Shown: piece after piece, positions 37,321 through 47,859 of the stretch
How positions within the stretch are numbered: position 1 is the first letter of the stretch
Layout: each line of letters starts with the position of its first letter
Assembly (NCBI GenBank): GCA_958009085.1
Contig: OY253684.1
Coordinates: 62,001-126,000, forward strand
Length of the DNA: 64,000 bases
Source: Protoeuglena noctilucae
Lineage: Eukaryota
Reading direction: 5' to 3'
Position numbers and translations under genes: made by a program
Notes under the pieces: generated by a model
Told to the model about the DNA's origin: nothing
Databases searched by the model: none
Seen by the model: the letters and a program-made list of their open reading frames with translations, nothing else

Positions 37321-37685
37321 GTGAGAGCAAAGTGTGCTGGTGTCATTATGTATATATCTTGATGCCAAATCATGGCATGCGTGCCTCGTGTCATGATGTG
37401 GGACGTGGCTGCTGCGTTTGAAATTGTCTCGTAACAATGACGCGTGAATTGGCGTTTTGCCAGTGCTGATGGGCAGACTGGTTAAAGCTGCCACCACGCT
37501 GGCACAATCGCTATGACGCAAGCAGCCACTTGTCACCGTCTCTCTTTCGTTCATCGTATACCCTTTTCATCTGCTCCCTTTCAAGCAACCCCTCACTCGC
37601 CGTGCGAACCCTCGCCTTGCCACCCCACCCCCTCCCATCACAGCGCAGTACCATCTACCGCTCCAAACCACCCCTCCCCATCACA

Positions 37686-40380
37686 TCACGGCGCTCGCTT
37701 GTGGATGAGGGCTGCCCCGCTCTCCTGGTACTCGACGCGCGACATCCACATCTGCTGGAATGTCCCAAGGCTGGACAGAATGGACCCGCCAATCCAATTG
37801 GCGAAGCGGCGCTGGGGGCGGGGGGGGGGAGGTGGGGGTGAGGTGAAGGGAGGTGGGGGGGTGGGTGACGATGGATGACAGGACAGTCATTTGGTAAATC
37901 AGTAGGTGATTATCACAAGGCACTCGGTCACTCAATCGCACTTACTGCCACCTCACCGCTACCTCCACCCCCAACCCCAACACCACCCCTACTGCCACCC
38001 CCACTGCCACCCTTAACACCAACCCCGCCGCTGCCCTCACTGCCACCCTCCCAGCACCCCATCACCCCACCCCATCACCCCCACCCACCTCCACCGCCTC
38101 TCACCTCCGGCCCAGCCGTGGGCATCACCACCCGGACCCTCATCGTTCCCTGGTGTGTCGAGATCGGCGCCCTCTCCGTGACTGCCATCTCCAATCGATC
38201 TCTAAGCCCAGTGATAGACGAGCACCCTCCCACCAGCACAATGTTGCCGTACAGGTCCTTGCTGTGATCGACGTCCACCTTGTGGATGGCAGACTTCACT
38301 GCGAGGTAGGGGAGGGGAGTAAGTGAGGTGTATGTAGTAATACTATGATTGATATCGATACCATCCCATCCCATCTGTCATTTCATCTAACACCCAACAT
38401 CTTATCCCATCTTTCATCCCATCTCATGTCATCCCATCCCATCTCATCTCATCCCCTCTCTCATCTCCCCTCACCGCACTCGGGCAGCCCCTGGCACGCC
38501 TCCCCCCCCCAGAATTTGACCTCTTGGCCCCCGGGGATCTCTTTGGCCCAGTCGGGGTTGAGGAGAACCTGCATGATGAGGGGAGGGATGCGTATTAGCA
38601 TGTACTGTCACTGCCACCCCCACTACCACCCCCACTACCACCCTCACTACCACCCCCACCTCTACCACCCTCACTACCACCCCACCCACCCCTCACCTCC
38701 GGCACCATCACCCTCTCCCCCTGCAGCTTCACTTCCTGCCCATCTGGCAGCTCGTACGAGGCCGCGGGCACCGACAGCGCGTCCTCCGCCCTCAGGATGG
38801 CCAGCTCGCTCACGCGAGAGCACAGCACCTCCCTCACATCCGTGACCACTTGCGAGGCTTGGAAGCGGCGGAAGGAGGGGGTAAGGGCGTCGGTGGACAG
38901 CTCCTGAATGGCAGAGAGGGGGAGTGAGTGTGGTAAGAGTTGGGGTGAGTGGGGGTGGGGTGGAGGGGTGGGAGCGGGGAAGATGGTGACGGGACAGGTG
39001 AGGCAGTAAGTGGTAGGAAAGGCTCATAACACTCATCACCCTCTCCCTCTTCCCCCCCCTCGCCTGCACCGCGAACCCCCCGCTCCCGTCCGGCACCCTC
39101 TTGACCTCGTGCCTGGACCGCACTTGCATGCCCTTGGCGGATATGGCGCCCCCCACCAGGTCCGTCAGCAGCTGGCCGGCCAGGGGGACGCGGGTCACGG
39201 AGCCCTTCAGCAGGAAGCCGTCCAGCACCGCTGCGGTGGTTGGGGACAAGGGAAGTCATATGATAGGTATTGTGCATTGTGATTGGCGGGTAATGACTGG
39301 TGGAGCCTTTGAGGAGGAAGCCGTCCAGCACCGCTGCGGTGGGAAGTGGCAGTGCAGGAGAGGTGTTGGTAATGGTATTGATCATTGCACATGTAACCAC
39401 TCCCTCTCCACTCACCCGACAGGCACGTCTGCCCGTGCATTACAACCACAACCACCACCACCATCACCATCACCACCACTCACCCGACAGGCACGTCTGC
39501 CCGTGCCCCACGTCCACCACCAGCGCTGTCGACCGTGCGGACGAGAAGGTCGCCATCACGGCGTCCTTCCCCAGAAACACCGCGGGCGCGTGGTACTTCT
39601 CAAACATCAACTGGACCAGGCGCTCGCGTGCCTCGTCTGCGCATGGTACCTGATATATAAGGAATCAGTCGAATGCCCATAGCATTGCCAATGCGTAGTG
39701 CTACTGTGCGTACTATGAACATCCGTCTCTCTATGCCCCACCCGCGATCAGCCACACAGCCACGCCCCGGCATCGCGAGTCCCTCACCCGTATTGCAGCT
39801 GGGCTCGCACAGCAGCAGGGGCCTGTCCTTGGGGTCGACATCCAGGGCTTGGTAGAAGAGATGGTCGTATACGGCCTCCACGCCGTCCCAATCCGAGTAC
39901 AAACCCGTCGCGGGGTCAAAAATCTGAGAAACTTCCATGCCGGGACGCGGATAGTTGACGGCGATGTTGCCGACGTACAGATCCCGCGTGCCCTTGCGCA
40001 GGGGAGCCCCCGCCTTGCGTGGCACGCCGTCCATCGCCATGTCCCCGTCGCTCTCGCGCACGCCAAACGCCTGAGAGGAACAGGTATAATACTAACAACC
40101 GATAGGAGGAACACGGGGCGTCGCATCGGCGCGGAGAGCGGCGGCGCGCGGCGAAAAGCACACGCAAGTTTGGGAGGCGGGCCCGGAGGGGCGGGAGCTC
40201 GTGCGCGGAGCGTTCCGCGGCCCCGATGCGTTGCTGCAACTATATACTGTCCGCACGCGCGAGCTCGCGGCCCACCGACGGGAAGACGGACTTGGGCTGG
40301 TCCTCCCCCGCGAAGCCCGCCTTCACGGTGTGGGAGCCCAGGTCCACCACGATCCCGTTGATCTCATCGCCCCCAAACAT
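37686..40380 (-). CDS. ARP4: Actin-related protein 4
   Basis: [121 protein letters not shown] ending 37686. Confidence 0.95.
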
Positions 40381-40966
40381 GCTCACGGGCCGGAACTACC
40401 CGGCGAAAGAGACGGGCGGGCGCGCCCGGCAGCGGGGGGAAAAGGGGGCACGGGGCCAGCCAGCGCTTGATGTTTTCCGAATCTCTTGAAGCTCCTCGCT
40501 GTCGGATGGCGAGCGCTGCTTCAGTCGCACACAAGAATTGTCCACGCGAACTCCGGGGCGCGCAGGCTCGGCCTTGCATGCCGCCAGTCCAGCGTGAGAA
40601 GACGGTGTCACGGCCCTGAGCGCACCTGGCGAGCTGCGGGCACTCCGGCAGCAAGTTGTCCACAACGGAATCCGACGGTGCCTGGTGCGGCAGGTGCACG
40701 CCGTGCCGGAAGCGTTCAGGAGGCATTCTTCGCGCCAAGCAGCGCGAGCTCGCCGATTTGCGGCCTTTTCGGACGGCGTCCGCTGCACTGAGAGCCTGGC
40801 TAAGAATGTCCGCGACTCCGCGGGCGCTTCTCAAGCCTGGCCAGCGCGGCGCCGCGCTCGGGCGACTGCAGGTGCGGGCGCCACAAGGCCTCTCCCCCGC
40901 CCAGCGCCTCGCCTGCCGCGCGGGGCGGCGGCGGCGCAAGCGCGCTGTGTAACTGGATAGCTTCGG

Positions 40967-43913
40967 ATGCCATTGCGCATCGACCGGGGCCCGGTCGGAG
41001 TCGGGCGCATCGAGCGCGGCTGGCGCCCCAGCGTGCACGCTTTATCCACCACGACTCCGCCGCGCGCGGGCTATCACGCCGCAACTTGCCGCGGATCTCC
41101 TGTACCGCTGAAACCAAAACGCTTCGCTGCAACCACGCGTCCCCCGCGCCACCGGGGAGTGTGCGCGGACGGGCTTTCGACCGCTAGCTCCTTTCTCCGC
41201 GCTCGCAGGTCCTCCGCACGCCGCCTTCGGTCCTCCGCCGGCAGGCCTTCCCTTGTATCGGTCTGTCCCGCGCTCCCCCCCTGTGTGCTCCCCGCGGAGA
41301 GCGATGGTCGTCGAAGAGGCGGGCAGTGGCCGCGGAGCAGGTGGGCGAAACGCCTCTCTTATGCAACGCGGGCTCATGGCGGCATGCGATATCAGTAATC
41401 GAACGTGTTTTCGATAACCTAAGCCGCTTGCATCGACACACGCCTGCGTAGAGAGGACTTGCGCCCATCCGTTGCGCTCCCGCCCTCGCTCCCTGCGCAC
41501 AGGAGGAGGTTCAGACCACTCCCGGCCAGGCCCCGCGCCAGTACCCCTTCCCCGAGATCGAGCGCAAGTGGCAGAAATACTGGGCGGACCATCAGACCTT
41601 CCGCACGCCTGACATTAAGGACCTCGACACTACCAAGCCTAAATTCTATGCTTTGGACATGTTCCCGTACCCCTCGGGTGCAGGGCTGCACGTGGGGCAC
41701 CCGGAGGGGTACACGGCCACGGGTGAGGGGTAGTGCAGAGTGTGTGTGCGGGGGGTTTGACTGAGGGGCGGTGAAGGGTGGTGAGGGGTGAGGAGCAGTG
41801 CAGTGCAAGGGAATCTCAACCGTGTGCATACCACCCCACTGCCCCTCTCCCACACCTGGTGCCTCGCAACCCACCCCTCTACCGCACCTTGCACCCCCAC
41901 CCCACCCCACAACCCTCAGCCACACGCAACGCCTCCCCACCCACCCGACATCCCTCTGCCACACCCAACGTCTCCCCACCACCCCCTCCTTCTGCAGACA
42001 TCATGGCCCGGTACAAGCGCATGCGCGGCTTCAACGTGCTCCACCCGATGGGCTGGGACGCCTTCGGTCTTCCCGCGGAGCAGTACGCATTGCAGACCGG
42101 CACGCACCCTGCTGTCACGACTGATCGTAATATTCGGCGATTTCGCGAGCAGCTCCAGTCTCTGGGCTTTTCCTATGATTGGGAGCGGGAGGTGTCGACC
42201 ACCGATCCCAACTACTACAAGTGGACCCAGTGGATCTTCCTGCAGCTGCTAAACAAGGGACTGGCGTACCAGGCGGAGGTGCCAGTGAACTGGTGCCCCG
42301 CGCTGGGCACGGTTCTGGCGAACGAGGAGGTGATCGACGGCAAGTCGGAGCGGGGGGGTCACCCCGTGGTGCGCATGCCGATGCGGCAGTGGATGCTGAA
42401 GATCACGGCGTATGCCGACCGCCTGCTGTCGGATTTGGACGGTCTGGACTGGGCGGACAGTATCAAGGACATGCAGCGGAACTGGATTGGGAGGTCGGAG
42501 GGGGCCGAGGTGGTGTTCGAAATCGAGGGGGGCGAGGGGGGGCAGGCGGTGACGGTCTTCACCACCAGGCCAGACACGCTCATGGGGGCCACGTACGTGG
42601 GTGAGACGAGAACAGATTGTGCAAAAGGGGGGTGTTGTGGTATATCTATGGTGATGTCTTGTAGCGCTGTTGGTGCTGGTGACACTGCTGGATACAGCCA
42701 GCGTGGGCTGGGGTATGCTTTGGGATAGTCGCTAGTTGGTTTTGGTAAGGAATTGCTGGTCCTGGGGCACCCATCCATCACCACAATCGCCCTCTGTTAA
42801 CCGCAGTGCTCGCCCCCGAGCACCCGCTGGTATCCGCCATCACCAAGCCCGCCCAGCGCGCGGCCGTCGATGCGTACGTGGCAGCCGCATCACGCAAGTC
42901 CGATTTGGAGAGGACAGAACTAACTAAAGACAAGACCGGGGTGTTCACGGGAGCCACGGCGACGCACCCGGTGACGGGAGAGCGCGTGCCGGTGTGGGTG
43001 GCGGACTATGTGCTGGGGGGGTACGGGTCGGGGGCAGTGATGGCGGTGCCGGCGCATGACGAGCGGGACTGGGAGTTCGCCAGGGCATTCGAACTGCCCG
43101 TCAAGCAGGCGAGGGGGTGGGGGGACGCTGTGTGCAGTAAACATGTAACAGTGCATGGCGCGGGGGCGTGTGGTGCTAAGTAGTACAAAGTACATGGCGG
43201 GCAAGGTGTCACTACACTACAATCCACCATGTCAACGACAGATGTAGTTATTGATAACAACTCATATTGGCCTTGTCTTCGCAGGTGGTGCACCCGTCGG
43301 ACGGCGGAGACGCGGATCTCCCCTTCACGCAGCCAGGCGTGGCGGTGGGGTCGAGTGTCGATGGTCTGTCCATCGATGGGATGACCACGGAGGAGGCCAA
43401 GAGGGCAGTGGTGGCGTGGCTGGAGGGGAAGGGGTGAGGGACGGGGTGACAAAGACACGGCAGTATTCGTATATCTATGAACCACATCCATTCCATGACT
43501 CACGCCCGTGTCACGCTCGACCTACAGCCACTCCACAACTCACCCCTTCCGCTCTGCACCCTTCCTGTCAGCTGGACGCACCCCATCACCCCCAGCCCCT
43601 ACTCCATAGCCTCACCCACCGCCCACCCTCATCGCTCTCTCGCTTGTTCACTCGCAGCAAGGGCGCCGGCAAGGTCAACTACAAGCTCCGCGACTGGCTG
43701 TTCGCCCGCCAGCGTTACTGGGGGGAACCCTTCCCCGTGGTTTACCCCGAGGGCAGCGAAACGCCAGTGCCCCTGCCTGAGTCGGCGCTGCCAGTGACGC
43801 TGCCAGAAACTGAGGAGATCAAGCCATCGGGGAACGGCAAGGGTCCCTTGGCGAATATCGAGGAGTGGGTGCGGACGGTGGATCCCGGGACGGGGCGGCC
43901 GGCTGTGAGGGAC

Positions 43914-43949
<36 letters not shown>

Positions 43950-46233
43950 GTGAGTGGGGGAGGGAGTGAGGGTGTGAGAGAGTGACACAGAGAGTGAGTG
44001 AGTGACAGAGATGCGAGACACCAACACCATGCCGCAGTGGGCGGGGTCGTGCTGGGTGAGTGGGCTGATGACTGGTGCAGCTAACACTATGCTTGTAACA
44101 GCGCAGTGCTCCCTCCTCCGCTACACATCTCCCCTCCCATCCATCACTCTCAGCGCCACCCCTCTTCTCCCATCCCAGTACTACCTCCGCTACATCTCCC
44201 CGTCTTTCTCCCCCGCCCTCGTCGACCCAGCTGCTGAGCGCTACTGGATGCCCGTGGACCTCTACGTGGGGGGAGCTGAGCACGCCGTGCTGCACCTCCT
44301 CTACGCCCGATTCTGGCACAAGTTCCTTTTCGATATTGGGGCCGTGTCGACGCCGGAGCCGTTCCAAAGGCTCGTGTCGCAGGGGATGATCCTGGGGGAG
44401 GTGGAGTATGCGGGGGCGAAGACGGAGGGGGGGGAGTGGGTGTCAGGTGAGGGGGGTGGGTGTATGGGTGGTGGGGTGGTGTGGGAGTGGGTGTCGGGTG
44501 AGGGGGGGTGGTGGGGTGTGGGTAGGGGAGTGGTGGGTGGTGAGTGAGGGTTTTGTTGAGGAGTGGAATGGAGTGGTTGCTCGGGTGGCAGTGATACCGA
44601 TGTTGCGATGTGCGGGTAATGTGCATTGGTGAGAACAATGTAGCATACAACCACCAGTCCCCCCCCACCCTCCCCTTCCCGCAGCCGACGACCCCCGCGC
44701 ATCTCTCTCCACCTCTACTTGGGTGAAGCTGGATCCCCAAGACGTGGAACGAAGCGGGGACGCTTACGTGCTACGCTCCGACCCATCGGTGCGCGTCACA
44801 GCGCGTGCCCACAAGATGTCCAAATCCCGCGGCAACGTGATCAATCCCGACGACGTGGTGTCCGAGTTCGGTGCCGACTCGCTGCGGCTGTATGAGATGT
44901 TCATGGGGCCGCTGCGGGACACGAAGGTGTGGAGTACGCGGGGGGTGGAGGGCGTGCATCGATTCCTGGGGAGGGCGTGGAGACTCTTGGAGGGGGGGGT
45001 GGGGGAGGAGGAGCCGAGCAAGGAGCAGATGAGGTGAGGGGGGGGGGAGGTGGGGGTGGGGGGGTGCATGGGTGGGGGCAAATGAAGTGAAGGGGTGGAG
45101 TTGGGGAGGTGCGTGGATGAGAGCGGATGGGGTGAGAGGATGGTGGGGCTGGAGGATGTAGGCGGCTGTCGGGAGGTCACTGGTGACCGTCGCGGTGACT
45201 ATCAATAGCAGCAAATGTCGCAGTCAATCAGTAATTGACTCCCTTAGTAACTCTCACACACAGCGACTGTCCTAGTGACTGACCATCGCAGTGACAGACT
45301 GATAGCCTCACACGCATGTCACCTCCCCACGCAGGGACCTGCACGCGTGCATCAAGAAGGTGACGGAGGAGACGGAGGAGATGCGATTCAACACGGCGAT
45401 ATCCGCCATGATGGAGTTCGTGAATGCCGCCACCAAATGGACCAACCGGCCACGAATGGCACTCGAGCCGTTCGTGCTGCTGCTCAGGCGAGAGATGTTG
45501 GGGTGGGGAGGGGGGAGGGGGGTTGCAAGTAGCGAGGGGTGTTGTTGTGGTAGCGGTGGTGGTGTTGTGGTAACGGGGAACGAGGCTGCAGTTGGCAGTT
45601 GTAGTTATGTGAGGGAACAGAGCAGTTGACCATTCCGTCATGGATACGCACACGCCTCGTTCCGACAACATCAACACACTGGCATGTTTGCCCCCCCGCA
45701 GTCCCTACGCCCCCCACGTGGCGGAGGAGCTCTGGGAGCGGCTGGGACACCAACAGTCGCTGGCTTATGAGCCCTGGCCCGCGTTCGACCCCTCGCTGCT
45801 GCAGCAGGACACAGTCACGCTGGCCGTGCAAGTGGGCGGGAAGGTGAGGGGTGTCAGGGGTGGCTAGCGAGAAAAGAAAAAAGGTGAGGGCAAGAGTGGA
45901 TGAGGTGAGCGGGTTATGAGGGCAAGAGTGGGTGACGAGGTGAGCGGGGTATGAGGGTGAAAGTGGGTGATGAGGTGGTGTTGGGTCTGCTCACGATTGG
46001 GTCAGCTGCGGCAAGCGGCGGTGCTTCTACGACCATGTGTTTGCTGACGGGGCCCGCGTGCCGTCACTTGCCCGCAGATGAGGGGCACGGTGGAGCTGGC
46101 GGTGGGGGCGGGGGAGGCGGAGGCGATGGAGGCGGCGCTCGCGGGGCCGGCTGCCAAGTGGGTGGAGGGCAAGGCGGTGAAGAAAGTCATTTACGTGCCG
46201 GGGAAGATCCTCAACATCATCGTGGGCAAGTGA
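40967..46233 (+). CDS. Leucine--tRNA ligase, organellar (bacterial-type, chloroplast/mitochondrial); exact start uncertain
   Basis: [34 protein letters not shown] (HIGH), [117 protein letters not shown] transit-peptide-like exon lies at 41209-41340; ATG 40967 is a guess. Confidence 0.96.
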
Positions 46234-46497
46234 CGCGTCGCGGGAAAGCCATATGTAGATTCGTTGAACGTAATTATCGCCACCAAGGACTCGAGAACAG
46301 GTCATCGTTGTCCCGCGTATCGTGCGGGCCGAGGTGCTTGGCCAACGTGCCGCGCGCGTGGCGGGATCGACGGGCGCTGTGATGCAAGCGTCTTCGATGT
46401 GTCACGTGATGTGTCACGCAATTGCTGGGCCAGGCAGCGTCGCACCTGGGCGGCGAGCGATCCGTCCGGCTGCGGCGCCCCGAGGCAGCCGAGCAGG

Positions 46498-47605
46498 ATG
46501 GGGCGAGGGAGGACAGGTGAGCGGAGAGCGCGCGCGTCGCGGGTGGCGTGGCATTGCGACGGTACAAATGTATCGTTCGGGCGCAGTCGGGCCGCGCCTC
46601 GCGGCTGGCCGGCGATCGCGGGTCCCGTCGATGTCTGCCTGTGCAGGCGAGCGTGGGGCGGGGGGGGCCGGCGATGAGGCGGGGGCGCGGGATGGTGACA
46701 GAGACCGCGAGAAGCGCTGGGTTATCCCGGATGAGGAGCTGGAGGTGGGCACGTCGCTGGGCGGGCAGGTGTTCCGGGGCCGATGGAAAGGTCGCGCCGG
46801 TGCTGTGGCGATCAAGCGGCTGGACGCGGGCATGAGCGGCGTGGAGGGGGATGCGCTAGAGCGTGGGACGGAGGAGTTGCGGCGGATGGCGGCGGCATGC
46901 GAGGGCTGCAAGCACCTGTGCCCGTGAGTGCGCGCTGCAGCACGACTGGCTGTGGGCCGGGCATGGTTACCAGCGTGTGCGTTGGCTTGGCGGCGCATCG
47001 GGGAGCTGTTTATGAGAGGAACAATAGCCTTTTGCGGAGGGTGCTGGGTGTGATGATCCGTGACGCACAGCTGCACGTGGTCATGCCGCTGTACGAGAGG
47101 GGGTCGCTGGCGCAGCGCATCGCGGGGCATGGGGCGGGGCTGGAAGCGGCGGAAGTGGTGGAGGTGGCGGTGCAGGTGCTGGAGGGGCTGGCGGAGCTGC
47201 ACGAGCGGGGGGTGGTGCACAGGGGCGTGAAGCCGGGGAACGTGCTTTCCAAAGGCGTGGGCTGCAAGCTGGTCGTGCAGGGGGGGCGCATTACAAATGC
47301 CCAGGATGGGGCGAGATGCAATGCTGGGTACGTCGAGCTCTGCGGCGTGACCGTCGCAGAGTGCAGGAGCCATGGGGTGGTTTGTTTTAGCAAGGACAGC
47401 AGGGTGGCGATGCGGGGGGGGGCGCATCACGGGGTGCAGGAAAGGTCACGGCATGATTTGCGTGTGTCAGGGGAAAGCGACGGTGCGGGACGCGGAGATC
47501 ACCGACTGCGGTCGGCACGGCCTGCGTTGCGAGAGCGGCGCCACTCTGCAGCACAGCTGGTGCACCGTGACGGGGTGCGGGTGGGGCGCGTATTTTAATT
47601 GCTGA
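46498..47605 (+). pseudogene. Probable pseudogene: truncated TKL-like protein kinase fused to right-handed beta-helix repeats
   Basis: WVIPDEELEVG..VFRGRWKG..VAIKRL..VVMPLYERGSL..QVLEGLAELHERGVVHRGVKPGNVL. HRD is changed to HRG and there is no DFG or C-lobe. The sequence runs straight into repeats GGRITNA / GVTVAECRSHGV / AEITDCGRHGL. An extra G in the G9 run 47414-47422 shifts the frame, and the second acceptor is GAG rather than YAG. Confidence 0.7.
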
Positions 47606-47859
47606 GGGGCGGGAGTGGGGGTAGCGTGCCGCTCAACGCAAATATCCTGGCCTGCCTGTAACCATGGGTTTCGAATTTCAACGTTAGCGGCAGGCCATAG
47701 TACGTATGTCAATGCACACGCTGTGGCGGTACAGTTAATGCTACTATGCATGGGTCAAGACGCCATGGCATGGCTGGCGGCGCCGATTGCACGGTGAATG
47801 GTGACACATCAACTGCCTGTCATGTCCGGTAACACCATTTGATGATCCCATTTTCCGTC

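Noticed and set aside
33915..40380. DDT protein next to ARP4 as a chromatin-remodelling module
   Set aside because: The genes are convergent with no shared promoter and belong to different complexes (ISWI versus INO80/SWR1/NuA4/SWI-SNF); no evidence of linkage.
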